Assembly (NCBI GenBank): GCA_038148515.1 | Contig: JAYQVP010000002.1 | Coordinates: 25,635-89,634 of the forward strand | Direction: 5' to 3' | Length of the DNA stretch: 64,000 nt | Source of the DNA: Poseidonia sp. | GTDB lineage: Archaea; Thermoplasmatota; Poseidoniia; Poseidoniales; Poseidoniaceae | Part shown: positions 18,231 to 26,759 of the stretch, in pieces | Layout of the letters: each line of letters begins with the position of its first letter | Position numbering within the stretch: position 1 is the first letter of the stretch | Position numbers and translations under genes: made by a program | The notes under the pieces: generated by a model | Database searches by the model: none | What the model saw: only the letters and a program-made list of their open reading frames with translations | Told to the model about the DNA's origin: nothing

Positions 18231-18401
18231 ATGGCCAACAAATTTCTCAAAGTGAGTTGCCGAGATTGTGGCAATGAATCCACCATCTTTTCCCGCGCTA
18301 CCACCTCCATCGCCTGCGATGTGTGCAGCGCCACCTTGACCAAACCCTCGGGTGGAAAAGCCCAGTTGATTGGATGCACCGTGGTTGAATCCCTGGATTG
18401 A
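18231..18401 (+). CDS. rps27e: 30S ribosomal protein S27e (eS27)
   Basis: Below the ORF-track cut-off. My translation is MANKFLKVSCRDCGNESTIFSRATTSIACDVCSATLTKPSGGKAQLIGCTVVESLD* (56 aa, CxxC-x14-CxxC). GAGGTGAT lies 3 nt upstream of the ATG. Confidence 0.88.
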   Translation: MANKFLKVSCRDCGNESTIFSRATTSIACDVCSATLTKPSGGKAQLIGCTVVESLD

Positions 18402-18416
18402 GGAGGCTGAGCCTCC

Positions 18417-19205
18417 ATGTCCACCACAACCACCGCCCCCCCGGAAGAAGGGGAGTTGGTGGTCGCCACCATCACCAATGTCAAACAAAACGGCGCTTAC
18501 GCCGACCTTGACGAATTTGAGGGGATTGAGGGCTTCATTTTCATCGGCGAAATCGCCTCGGGCTGGGTCAAAAACATCCGTGGATTTGTCCGCGAAGGTC
18601 AGCGGGTCATCTGCAAGGTCTTGCGAACTCGAAATGACGGCACTTCACTTGAATTGTCGTTGAAATCAGTTTCAGAAGAACGCAGAAGAGACCGCCTCCA
18701 GGAATGGAAAAACGAACAGCGGGCGAATCAACTGTTCAAGGTCCTCGGCGAAAAACTCGAATGGCCCGAAACCACTCTTCACGAGCGAAACGCTGAGCTG
18801 GTGGATGCCTTTGGCACACTCTACACGGCATTCGAGGAGGCAGCCATGCAAGAATCTGCGTTGGAAAACGCTGGCTTTGAAGGCGATTGGCTCGCTCCTT
18901 TCATCGAAATCGCCGTTGAGAATATCATTCCCCCGTTTGTTGAACTCAGAGGCACGTTGACCCTGAGCATCAATGCCGTGAACGGTGTGTCCGTGATCCA
19001 AGAAGCCCTTCTTGCTGCCGAAGCCCTCTCGGACCCCGAGGAGGAAATTGAAGTCAAGTGCTTTTACGACGGTGCCCCCCAATACCGACTGGAACTTCGC
19101 GCTCCCGACTTCAAAGTGGCTGAAGCCCATTGGGACAAGGCCATCGCAGCGGTGCTGAACCACATGAAGGCCGCAGGTGGCGAGGCCCAAGCCAAGCGAG
19201 AGTGA
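18417..19205 (+). CDS. eif2a: Translation initiation factor aIF2, alpha subunit
   Basis: 262 aa. N-terminal S1/OB domain (GELVVATITNVKQNGAYADLDEFEGIEGFIFIGEIASGWVKNIRGFVREGQRVICKVL) followed by helical and alpha/beta domains. Canonical position after S27e. Confidence 0.9.
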   Translation: MSTTTTAPPEEGELVVATITNVKQNGAYADLDEFEGIEGFIFIGEIASGWVKNIRGFVREGQRVICKVLRTRNDGTSLELSLKSVSEERRRDRLQEWKNEQRANQLFKVLGEKLEWPETTLHERNAELVDAFGTLYTAFEEAAMQESALENAGFEGDWLAPFIEIAVENIIPPFVELRGTLTLSINAVNGVSVIQEALLAAEALSDPEEEIEVKCFYDGAPQYRLELRAPDFKVAEAHWDKAIAAVLNHMKAAGGEAQAKRE

Positions 19206-19210
19206 AAGCC

Positions 19211-19447
19211 ATGGCTCGTCAGCGACTCCAACAGTGCCTTTCATGTGGAGCCTTTGGATTGAGCACGACGTGCACCTCTTGCGGCGAAACGGCACAGGCT
19301 GCTGCACCACTCAAGTGGTCGCCAGAAGACCATCGCGCCGCTCTTCGACGAAAAATGAAAGGGGTTGAAACCCCAGAATGGCCCTCCACGTTACCCACAC
19401 TTCCCTCCGTTGAAGCGATGCGAGCCGATGTGACGGAAGAAGAGTGA
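19211..19447 (+). CDS. nop10: H/ACA RNP protein Nop10 (with C-terminal extension)
   Basis: MARQRLQQCLSCGAFGLSTTCTSCGETAQAAAPLKWSPEDHRAALRRKMK is the Nop10 zinc ribbon plus the ..PxxFSPED-like linker. The track start at 19130 overlaps aIF2alpha, so I trimmed to ATG 19211. At 78 aa it is longer than I would expect for the family. Confidence 0.8.
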   Translation: MARQRLQQCLSCGAFGLSTTCTSCGETAQAAAPLKWSPEDHRAALRRKMKGVETPEWPSTLPTLPSVEAMRADVTEEE

Positions 19448-19490
19448 TGACGCTTCATCACAGGTCGTCGAACGCATCGCTCATGGAAGG

Positions 19491-20291
19491 ATGAGCATCA
19501 AACATTATAACGCGTGTTTCACCGTTTTGTCGTTCATGACGATGATGGTTGAATGGCGTAATGGACACCATGAGTTGACCCCGGGGTCGACGTTGTTGGT
19601 GGCGTTCCCTGGTGTTGGGAACATTGGAAAAGTTGCGCTGGAATCGATTCGTTGCGAATCCTCAACCGTGGAGGTAGCCCGTCTTCACCCCGTTGGTTTG
19701 CCACCGTTGGCCGAACTCGATGAGGATGGGTTGCTTGCCCCTCCACACCTTTCGTTATGCCGAACCATCACGCGGTCAGGTTGCTCCGTCCTGACCTTGC
19801 GAGGTACGGCTCAGCCCAACGAACCAAGCACACAGTCGAGCATGGCAAGGGAGTTGATGGCCTTCTTTGAGCAACAGTCCATTGAGCAACTGCTGGTACT
19901 GACGGGGATGGTGGACCAGCCCGACCGTAAAGCCCTGTTCGCCGTCACCAGTTCAGCCTCTCACCGCATTGAATTGGAAGCAAGGGGCGTAGATGTTCGA
20001 CGTGATGAGCCTCGTTCTGGCGCCATCGGTGTCGCTGCGTTGCTTGCATCCATGGGCCCCCTGTACGGCATCCATTCTGCCTGCATCATCGCCTCGTCGG
20101 TTGGCTCGAGCGGAGATGTCCTGGCATCCCAACGAATGCTTGAACACCTCAACCGGTGGTTTGACTTCGGCTTCGACCTCCCATCAGACGGAAGTTTCTG
20201 GTTGAAGGAACGCCTTGAAGCCATGGCCCCTGCACATCGGGAGGACTTGGTCAAGGAGATGACCGCCTCTCATGATGCGTTCTATATGTGA
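19491..20291 (+). CDS. PAC2-family (proteasome assembly chaperone-like) protein
   Basis: LLVAFPGVGNIGKVALESI is the characteristic PAC2 N-terminal motif. The position after nop10 matches the conserved archaeal cluster. The start may be MMVEW (about 19542-19545). Confidence 0.7.
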   Translation: MSIKHYNACFTVLSFMTMMVEWRNGHHELTPGSTLLVAFPGVGNIGKVALESIRCESSTVEVARLHPVGLPPLAELDEDGLLAPPHLSLCRTITRSGCSVLTLRGTAQPNEPSTQSSMARELMAFFEQQSIEQLLVLTGMVDQPDRKALFAVTSSASHRIELEARGVDVRRDEPRSGAIGVAALLASMGPLYGIHSACIIASSVGSSGDVLASQRMLEHLNRWFDFGFDLPSDGSFWLKERLEAMAPAHREDLVKEMTASHDAFYM

Positions 20292-20343
20292 TTGAATAGG
20301 TGTCACGGGCGCCTTTGAATCGGCCGGAGACATCGATGAGGAG

Positions 20344-20426
20344 CGCCGAGAGAGGGATTCGAACCCCCGCGTCCAAGGGACAGTGGATTTCGAATCCACC
20401 GCAATACCGGGCTATGCGACCTCGGC
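20344..20426 (-). tRNA. tRNA-Ser (anticodon CGA), class II with long variable arm; CCA not encoded
   Basis: Folded by hand from GCCGAGGTCGCATAGCCCGGTATTGCGGTGGATTCGAAATCCACTGTCCCTTGGACGCGGGGGTTCGAATCCCTCTCTCGGCG. Acceptor GCCGAGG/TCTCGGC (one G-U), 3-bp D stem, anticodon stem GTGGA/TCCAC with loop TTCGAAA. Variable arm GTCC-ctt-GGAC, T arm GGGGG-TTCGAAT-CCCTC, discriminator G. Confidence 0.9.
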
Positions 20427-20460
20427 TCCAACAGCACGCTTCGGCGCGACGGTCATAAGC

Positions 20461-20682
20461 ATGATGTTCCGTGTCCGTCCCATGGAGGTCCAGTTTCGCT
20501 CGAGGGAAGGCGATGTGAAGGTCGAGGTCGCACCCGGCACCACTGTCCGAGCGGCACTTACGAAAGCGGGCTTGTTGCCATCCATGGTCATCGTCAGCCA
20601 CGATGGTACTGTCGTCCCTCACTCAACGACCCTTGAAAGCGACGTTGAATTACTGGTAACCACCATCTCTTCAGGCGGCTGA
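20461..20682 (+). CDS. ThiS/MoaD/SAMP-type ubiquitin-like beta-grasp protein ending in Gly-Gly
   Basis: ...MEVQFRSREGDVKVEVAPGTTVRAALTKAGLLPSMVIVSHDGTVVPHSTTLESDVELLVTTISSGG* shows the typical ThiS pattern and a C-terminal GG. The track start at 20383 lies inside the tRNA gene. ATG candidates are 20461 and 20482. Confidence 0.7.
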   Translation: MMFRVRPMEVQFRSREGDVKVEVAPGTTVRAALTKAGLLPSMVIVSHDGTVVPHSTTLESDVELLVTTISSGG

Positions 20683-22560
20683 AGACGAACCCCTACGGAC
20701 CACATGAAGCGAAGATTGTCGCGTATAATCAGCTCTGGTTTCCACGGCCCACGCATCCAACCCAACGTTGGCCACCACGACCGTGTCCCCGACCTCAGCG
20801 ATGTCGTATTGTGGCCCCCAATCATCAAACCAACCCTCAACTTTGGTGGCCCCCGTGTTGTCCATGATCATCATGCCTCGGCGTGACCATCGTTGCCCGT
20901 TTCGACCTACACCGCTTTTTTCGAATTTGTAGACGAGGAGACCCGTCAGATTATGTTTGGCTTGCATATCAAGGAGGTCCAATCCTTCTTCGCCCCCGTC
21001 GTTGGGCAAGACTCGCGCAAACGGGTCGATCTTGAGGACGATTTCCCCTTTCCAATTGACGGTAAAAACAGCGTTCTCCACCACTGCAGACATACCGCGC
21101 TCCAAGGGGAAGGGCACGGTCGAACCTCCGTCATGGTGTTCGTCGGTGGCGATCTGGACCTGGGCCATGTGTTGACCTTGCTTGAAACTCAAGCGATTTG
21201 AGCGCTGTTGAGAGGCACTGCCAACGTAAACCAATTCACCACAAAATGTGCCCCGCGGATCGAGGCTTCCGATGCTGGCCAGCGCTGTCCGAGCCGAAGC
21301 ACCGGGCAATTGAATGGGCGAGGCGGAGGGCGGTTCATCACCCTCACTGCCCGGACAGACTGCGCTCCAGTCGCACCGGTCACATCGACTGCCCTCAGGT
21401 GATTCAATGCTGACGCCTCCAGGGCCAAATCCGCGAAGGGGGGAGGGCTCTGCCGGGTACTCGTGGATAGAAGGTGTTCCTTGCTTCAAGAATTGCCAGA
21501 GTTGGAAGAGTTCCTGTTCACGTTCCAGGTGTTCAGCAACGCTCGGAACGTCAACGGACTTGATGCTGGGATGGCCAAGGTACCAAATCTCCAGACCACC
21601 GAGTTGGTCCTTTCTGCCATGGGTGATGTACCAAAGCATAGCATAGATCTTGAGTTGTTCAACGTAATCACCTGAACGATCGGACGCCCCCACACTGGCT
21701 TTCAAATCCACCACCTTTGAAGCGGCCTCCCATCGATAGACCAAATCATACTCACCCTGAAACCAATGATCAGGATGAACAGCATTCATACTAAACGAGG
21801 GGGCATCGGGGTCCACAAACCATGGTCGTGCCACCTCCCACGCTTCGGCCCATGTGATATTACCGCTACATGCAAGTGGGTGCTTACCGGTTGGAAATGA
21901 GAGTAAAGCATAGCCGTCAGGAGCCGGCCATTCTGGTCGGTGACCGGTACGCCAAGATTCGAACCAAGGGCCACCGCCTGCGTCAAAACATCGCTCGACC
22001 TCACCGAGATGGAATTCAAGGGCTCGCTCGGTCATCGACAAGCACACATCTTCGTCAACTTCGCTCCAGTCTCCTGCCTTGCGTTCGTCTGTTTCCCACT
22101 CCAGGCGCATGCGCTCCAACGCCGGGGGAAGATGGATGGCACAGCGTTGAAGCGCCCATTTGCGCAGGTCCTCCAACGATTGTGGACGCTCATCTTCAAA
22201 GAACGGTAACAAGGCTGCAGCCGGCCAAGTTGAGGCAGGCACCGATGAATCGTATCGTCCATCATCCCCGAAAGGCGACGGGGGCAAGGCTTCAGGCACA
22301 GCATGTGGCGAAATGATCGATGGGGACTCCCTCAACACCCGGCAAACCGCTTCCTCAACAGCACGTCCTACGAAAAGGACCGGTATTTGTGGCATCTTGA
22401 ATCGATAGACCTTTTCGTAAAACCAAAGACGAGCACAAGCCCGATAGGTGTTGGCTTGACTGGCCGATAACCGTTGGAATCGGCCAACTTTGTCCTCATC
22501 CCTCTCAACGATTTGCACAGGCATGAGGTTCCCTACCCTTGACGCTACTTGAAGCCTCAT
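20671..22560 (-). CDS. Cas4/RecB-like Fe-S PD-(D/E)xK nuclease fused to two C-terminal OB-like modules (paralogue A)
   Basis: 629 aa. N-terminal LSASQANTYRACARLW, then GEYDLVYRWEAASKVVDLKAS (motifs II/III), EQLKIYAMLW (QxxxY) and CDRCDWSAVC (CX2CX5C). OB-like C-terminus GLLVYKFEKSGVGRNGQRWSRRGMMIMDNTGATKVEGWFDDW..GDTVVVANVGLDAW. Alternative start MPVQ at 22524. Confidence 0.75.
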   Translation of the reverse strand: MRLQVASRVGNLMPVQIVERDEDKVGRFQRLSASQANTYRACARLWFYEKVYRFKMPQIPVLFVGRAVEEAVCRVLRESPSIISPHAVPEALPPSPFGDDGRYDSSVPASTWPAAALLPFFEDERPQSLEDLRKWALQRCAIHLPPALERMRLEWETDERKAGDWSEVDEDVCLSMTERALEFHLGEVERCFDAGGGPWFESWRTGHRPEWPAPDGYALLSFPTGKHPLACSGNITWAEAWEVARPWFVDPDAPSFSMNAVHPDHWFQGEYDLVYRWEAASKVVDLKASVGASDRSGDYVEQLKIYAMLWYITHGRKDQLGGLEIWYLGHPSIKSVDVPSVAEHLEREQELFQLWQFLKQGTPSIHEYPAEPSPLRGFGPGGVSIESPEGSRCDRCDWSAVCPGSEGDEPPSASPIQLPGASARTALASIGSLDPRGTFCGELVYVGSASQQRSNRLSFKQGQHMAQVQIATDEHHDGGSTVPFPLERGMSAVVENAVFTVNWKGEIVLKIDPFARVLPNDGGEEGLDLLDMQAKHNLTGLLVYKFEKSGVGRNGQRWSRRGMMIMDNTGATKVEGWFDDWGPQYDIAEVGDTVVVANVGLDAWAVETRADYTRQSSLHVVRRGSSSAA

Positions 22561-22581
22561 GTTCCGCAGGACTGGGCCGTT

Positions 22582-24312
22582 TCATGCGAATTCCAAGCGG
22601 GTCTTTCGGCTATCAATGCGCAACTGAAGGACGCCCGAGCGCCAACCCAACTCAGCGCCGATCAGACCCAACGCATCACCCGGGCGTAAGTCGAGCAAAC
22701 GCTGCTGGATGCTCCCTCCGAAGGCCACGACTTCGGCGATGTGAGTCCCGTCCCAAAGCATGAAGGAAACCATCGTCCACGGTTTGCCGTCCAAACGAAT
22801 GCCGTCTCGCCGTTGTATGGAGAGGACGTACCCCCTCACATTCCCTCTCGTTCGTAGCAAACCCAGTCGGGTGTGACCAACATCATCGGTGCTCGATTCG
22901 GAAAAGGATTCAATGGATGAACGCTCATCCACGTAAAGACGAGCTTGGTCTCGCCAAACCCCGGGAAGGGCTTCTTGGAGAGAAATCTCTTGCTCTGCCC
23001 AATCATGAAGGGTCGGAAAGACCCCTGGCTCGCTTTCCTCAACGGCGATGTGCTGCTGCCCAACCACGAGCATCGCACCGTGAACCAATTCACCAAAGTG
23101 ATTGGGGAAAGGGCCCCACAACCCGGTCAATCGCCCCTTCACCGCTACCCTTCCCATCAAGTCTCCCAAGGGCCCGTACGGAGCAGACGGGGTCAGTTTG
23201 GCGAGCGATTGCAGCCATGAAAATTGAGGAGGAGTGTGCCAAACTTCGTCATTCTCTGAGGACACAGCACACCAACCGCACCCAGCGGCGGTTCCCTCGC
23301 AAGCCTCAGTTGGAGATACGGGAAAGACATTCGCATCAGGAGCCATCGCCTGCATCGACCGATGAACATCCATGTAAAGGCGCGAAAGACCCTCGATGTC
23401 GTCCGATGACGGTGCATCAAAGGTCACCCGCTCTGCGCTCTCAAGGTACCAACCTTCCATTCCTGATGCCGTTTGCCCATCGTGCGTTTCGTGCCACAAC
23501 CAAGCGTAAAAGCGAAGTTGATGCTCAAGCGAAGCCGCAAAGACAGAAGAGGGTGAGCCTGATTTAATGTCAACAAGTCGAATTCGCCCGTCCCATCGCA
23601 GAACCATATCGAGTTCACCAGAAGCCCACCCCTCCGGATGATACAGACGTTGAGGTTGGTGGACCCGGGGGTCTTTGAACCAAGGACGGGCACACTCCCA
23701 AGCCTCGTTCCACTCGATGGGGCAACCCGCCGTCTGCCACGTCGGACGCTGCTCCACCTGCCATCGTCGCATCTGAACATCGGGAATTTTGTCAGGCAGT
23801 GGGAATTGAGGTGTGCTGGAGAGCGAGGGCTCACGAACGGAAAACGGGTTGTCGCCACGGCGGCGTGCCTCGAGGTGCGGTCCGCCGCCTTGCCGGTAGC
23901 AATCTTGAACCTCATGAAGAAACAAGGACAATGCGCCCTGCAAACGAGCCCAGACCGTGTCGGAGGTCACGCTTTCCCACGCATCATCATCACTCTTCCA
24001 AAGGACATCCTCCCATTGAGAACGACCCGTTTCAAGAACGTCGTCGACCAGAGGTCCGATTTGTTGCTCGGCCCAGGTTTCAAGTGATTCGAGGGAGCTG
24101 ACGCTGGGTGGGTGCATCATCAGTAGACGACAAACAGCGTCTTCAAGCAACACCCCAAGCAGTTGGGAGGGACGGGTTGGACCTTGGAGGCCACCTTGAT
24201 ACCCCATCAACCATTGACGCTGACAACGCAAAAACGTGGTGAGGGAACTGGCGGATAAACGACTGCGAGAGCGTCCCAACGGGCCACCCCGAGGAGGCAA
24301 ACCTACCGGCAC
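22582..24312 (-). CDS. Cas4/RecB-like Fe-S PD-(D/E)xK nuclease fused to two C-terminal OB-like modules (paralogue B)
   Basis: 576 aa. LSASSLTTFLRCQRQW, GELDMVLRWDGRIRLVDIKSG, HQLRFYAWLW and CEGTAAGCGWC (CX6CX2C). OB-like C-terminus GYVLSIQRRDGIRLDGKPWTMVSFMLWDGTHIAEVVAFGG..GDALGLIGAELGW. GTG start at 24312 with GAGGTGG 4-5 nt upstream. Confidence 0.75.
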   Translation of the reverse strand: MPVGLPPRGGPLGRSRSRLSASSLTTFLRCQRQWLMGYQGGLQGPTRPSQLLGVLLEDAVCRLLMMHPPSVSSLESLETWAEQQIGPLVDDVLETGRSQWEDVLWKSDDDAWESVTSDTVWARLQGALSLFLHEVQDCYRQGGGPHLEARRRGDNPFSVREPSLSSTPQFPLPDKIPDVQMRRWQVEQRPTWQTAGCPIEWNEAWECARPWFKDPRVHQPQRLYHPEGWASGELDMVLRWDGRIRLVDIKSGSPSSVFAASLEHQLRFYAWLWHETHDGQTASGMEGWYLESAERVTFDAPSSDDIEGLSRLYMDVHRSMQAMAPDANVFPVSPTEACEGTAAGCGWCAVSSENDEVWHTPPQFSWLQSLAKLTPSAPYGPLGDLMGRVAVKGRLTGLWGPFPNHFGELVHGAMLVVGQQHIAVEESEPGVFPTLHDWAEQEISLQEALPGVWRDQARLYVDERSSIESFSESSTDDVGHTRLGLLRTRGNVRGYVLSIQRRDGIRLDGKPWTMVSFMLWDGTHIAEVVAFGGSIQQRLLDLRPGDALGLIGAELGWRSGVLQLRIDSRKTRLEFA

Positions 24313-24348
24313 TCGCCCACCTCATAGCAGGTTGCAAGCACACTGAAA

Positions 24349-26127
24349 TTATGCATCGTAGGAATAATAGTCACCACTGCTGCGTTGTTCTCGGTCTTTT
24401 CGACTTTCGCCTTTGTTGATACGTGGTCGCCGTGAGTCATGATCTCGGCGGAAGGTGACATCGACTCCGGACAAAAAACGGTTCATCCCTTGTCGGAGGC
24501 TGAAAGGCCCAGTTGCGTTGCCTGCCACCCCGCCCTGCCCCTCAAAGACGAGCAGTGAGTCTGAAACGATGTCGATGAAGTAGACATCGTGGTCGATGAC
24601 GAAGGCTGACTTTTCATTGGCTTCCATCGTTCTTCGGATCGCCTTCGCTGCTTCCATTCGTGCGCTGGCGTCCAAGTGCGCTGACGGCTCGTCGAGCAAG
24701 TAGAGGTCGGCTTCACGACCCAAGCAAAGCGCAATGGCCACGGCTTGGCGCTCACCACCGGACAATTTCTTGACGCGCTTTGGGAGCAATTGGTCAATGC
24801 CCAAAGCCTTGATCACGTTGACATGGTATTCCCCGCTCCGCCAGCGTGGTCCCAATTCGCTGTCCAGCCATTGTTGAACCGACCCCTCCACATCAACGCC
24901 GATATGCTGCGGCTTGTAGGAGATTGACGCCTCTGCGGTCACCCACCCTTCGTCGTAGGTGTGCTCGCCTGCAAGGATTTTGATCATGGTGGATTTACCG
25001 GTACCGTTGGCACCGACCACGCCGACAACTTCACTTCGATGGACAGCCCCCTCACCGGAAGTAAGTTTAAACTCACCAAGTTGCTTGCTCAAGGCGCCCC
25101 ACTGAACAACGGGCGTCCCAATCTCGACTGAGCGGTCGCGGTGCCGAAGGAATTTGATCGGCTTATCCCGGATTCGGACATTCTCCTCGGGCAAGAAACC
25201 ATCCAGATAGGTGTTGATGGCTTGTCGAGTGGAACGAGCCGGCGTGAAAATCCCAAACGCTCCCTTCTTGCCGTACACGATGTGGACCAAATCAGCGAGC
25301 ACGTCGAGGACGGCCAGGTCGTGCTCGATGACGATGACTCGCTTCGTCTCTGCTAAGGCTTGTACAATTCGAACAATGCGCATGCGCTCGTGGATATCAA
25401 GATAGGACGACGGCTCGTCAAAGAAATACACGTCCGCATCTCTCAAGATGGTGGCGCAAATCGCCATGCGTTGCAATTCACCACCAGAGAGTTGCTGCAC
25501 CGTTCGGTCGAGCAGATGGTCAATTCCCAAAGCAACGGTCATCTCCTCAAGCAGATTGCGCTCGTTGACCTTCGTCAACAGTTCACGAACGGTCCCACTC
25601 ACGCGTTGAGGCAATCGGTCAACATTCTGAGGCTTCACTGCCACGTTGATGTCGCTTCGTTGAACCGCAATGAAAAAATCCCGCAGTTCCCCTTTGGGCA
25701 GAGCGTCGATGACATCATCCCAATGTGGTTCATCGTTCAGCCAGTCACCGAGGTTTGGAATCAAACGGCCGGACAGGGCGCTGATTGCGGTAGATTTGCC
25801 CATCCCATTGGGTCCAAGGATGCCAACCACGCTTTCCTTGGAGGGGGTGGGCAATCGGAAGAGACGGAAGCCGTTCATCGAATAACGATGAATCATATCG
25901 GTTTCCAATTCGCTTGGCAAATTCTCGATGATCAACGCATCGTGAGGGCACTTGTTCACGCATATGCCGCACCCGATGCAGAGGCTCTCGGAGATATGGG
26001 GTTTGCCGGTGTGACTGTCCATGATGATGCATTCCTGCCCGTTGCGTACCGGTGGACAGAAGTCGTGGCATTCATCGTTGCATTTCTTGGGTTGGCAATT
26101 GTCTTCTTTCAAGACCGCTACACGCAT
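24349..26127 (-). CDS. abcE1: ABCE1 / RNase L inhibitor-type ribosome recycling ATPase
   Basis: 592 aa. N-terminal Fe-S domain (CQPKKCNDECHDFCP; CIGCGICVNKCP), two ABC cassettes (Walker A GPNGMGKST and GANGTGKST; signatures LSGGELQR and LSGGERQ). Confidence 0.93.
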   Translation of the reverse strand: MRVAVLKEDNCQPKKCNDECHDFCPPVRNGQECIIMDSHTGKPHISESLCIGCGICVNKCPHDALIIENLPSELETDMIHRYSMNGFRLFRLPTPSKESVVGILGPNGMGKSTAISALSGRLIPNLGDWLNDEPHWDDVIDALPKGELRDFFIAVQRSDINVAVKPQNVDRLPQRVSGTVRELLTKVNERNLLEEMTVALGIDHLLDRTVQQLSGGELQRMAICATILRDADVYFFDEPSSYLDIHERMRIVRIVQALAETKRVIVIEHDLAVLDVLADLVHIVYGKKGAFGIFTPARSTRQAINTYLDGFLPEENVRIRDKPIKFLRHRDRSVEIGTPVVQWGALSKQLGEFKLTSGEGAVHRSEVVGVVGANGTGKSTMIKILAGEHTYDEGWVTAEASISYKPQHIGVDVEGSVQQWLDSELGPRWRSGEYHVNVIKALGIDQLLPKRVKKLSGGERQAVAIALCLGREADLYLLDEPSAHLDASARMEAAKAIRRTMEANEKSAFVIDHDVYFIDIVSDSLLVFEGQGGVAGNATGPFSLRQGMNRFLSGVDVTFRRDHDSRRPRINKGESRKDREQRSSGDYYSYDA

Positions 26128-26219
26128 TGCTTCACCCCCTTTGGCCTCATGCCGGACGTATATTGTTTCACCTGCGGTTCATCGGGTATCCCCGATGATT
26201 CCCCGAGCACCTGCTCGAT

Positions 26220-26759
26220 TCAAATCAGACCCTTGAGGTGCTCGTGTCCACGGATGAGACGAATCGTGCACGGGGTTGGGAACTTCATGCTCGCCTTGCG
26301 CAAGGCATCACGGGCAGTGAGGTAGTGTTGAGCGTTGACCTGAATAGACAAAATTCGTTGGCCACGCTTGATTCGGGCGGCGGTACCAACGTTCTTGCCG
26401 AAGGCGCAGCGCATGCCTTGTGAGACACGGTCGGCACCTGCACCGGTCGCCTGCTTGTTTTCTCGCAGAACATGGTGAGGGAAGGTGTGGACACGGAGGG
26501 CGTACCCTTGTGGGCCGGCTTGCTTACGAATCGTCGAGTTGGAGACGACACGAGCAGCCTCGAGAGCGGTGTGACGGATTTGAACATCATTATCGGCTCT
26601 CAGTTCAATGACGACATTGAACTGACCTGTTTCAGCAGCGCGACGGTTGCCGACGTGAAACTGATGAATTCGGTTGTTCGGGACACCGCCGATGTACTTA
26701 CGGCGGGTGTAAGCAGGCCCTTTCAAGCGTCGGTACATCACAGCGGGCTTTCGTGCCAT
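26220..26759 (-). CDS. rpl10e: 50S ribosomal protein L10e (uL16)
   Basis: MARKPAVMYRRLKGPAYTRRKYIGGVPNNRI... is the typical L10e N-terminus. 179 aa from ATG 26759; the track start at 26843 adds 28 unlikely residues. Confidence 0.9.
   Translation of the reverse strand: MARKPAVMYRRLKGPAYTRRKYIGGVPNNRIHQFHVGNRRAAETGQFNVVIELRADNDVQIRHTALEAARVVSNSTIRKQAGPQGYALRVHTFPHHVLRENKQATGAGADRVSQGMRCAFGKNVGTAARIKRGQRILSIQVNAQHYLTARDALRKASMKFPTPCTIRLIRGHEHLKGLI

Noticed and set aside
17808-18488. N-terminal 227 aa of track ORF 17007..18488 (Gly-rich MFDIGDGGDHQLPFFRGGGGCGG...)
   Set aside because: This part is antisense to the clearly recognisable rpl44e and rps27e genes and the start of aIF2alpha. Only the hydrophobic C-terminal part (from 17807) is kept.
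20383-20460. Upstream extension of the ThiS-like ORF (MDFESTAIPGYATSAPTA...)
   Set aside because: It overlaps the tRNA-Ser gene (20344..20426) on the opposite strand. The ThiS-like fold needs only the last ~66-73 aa.
20671-24312. A CRISPR-Cas locus, because of the Cas4-like motifs
   Set aside because: No cas1, cas2, effector genes or repeat-spacer array occur anywhere in the 64 kb. The Cas4-like fold here is fused to OB-like modules, so it is reported as a solo nuclease family instead.
20292-24348. Integrated mobile or defence element at tRNA-Ser carrying the Cas4-like genes
   Set aside because: No integrase/recombinase is present, I could not find a repeat of the tRNA 3' end, and there is no compositional step by eye. 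The genes look co-oriented with rpl10e-ABCE1. Treated as chromosomal, though not formally excluded without a computed repeat search.
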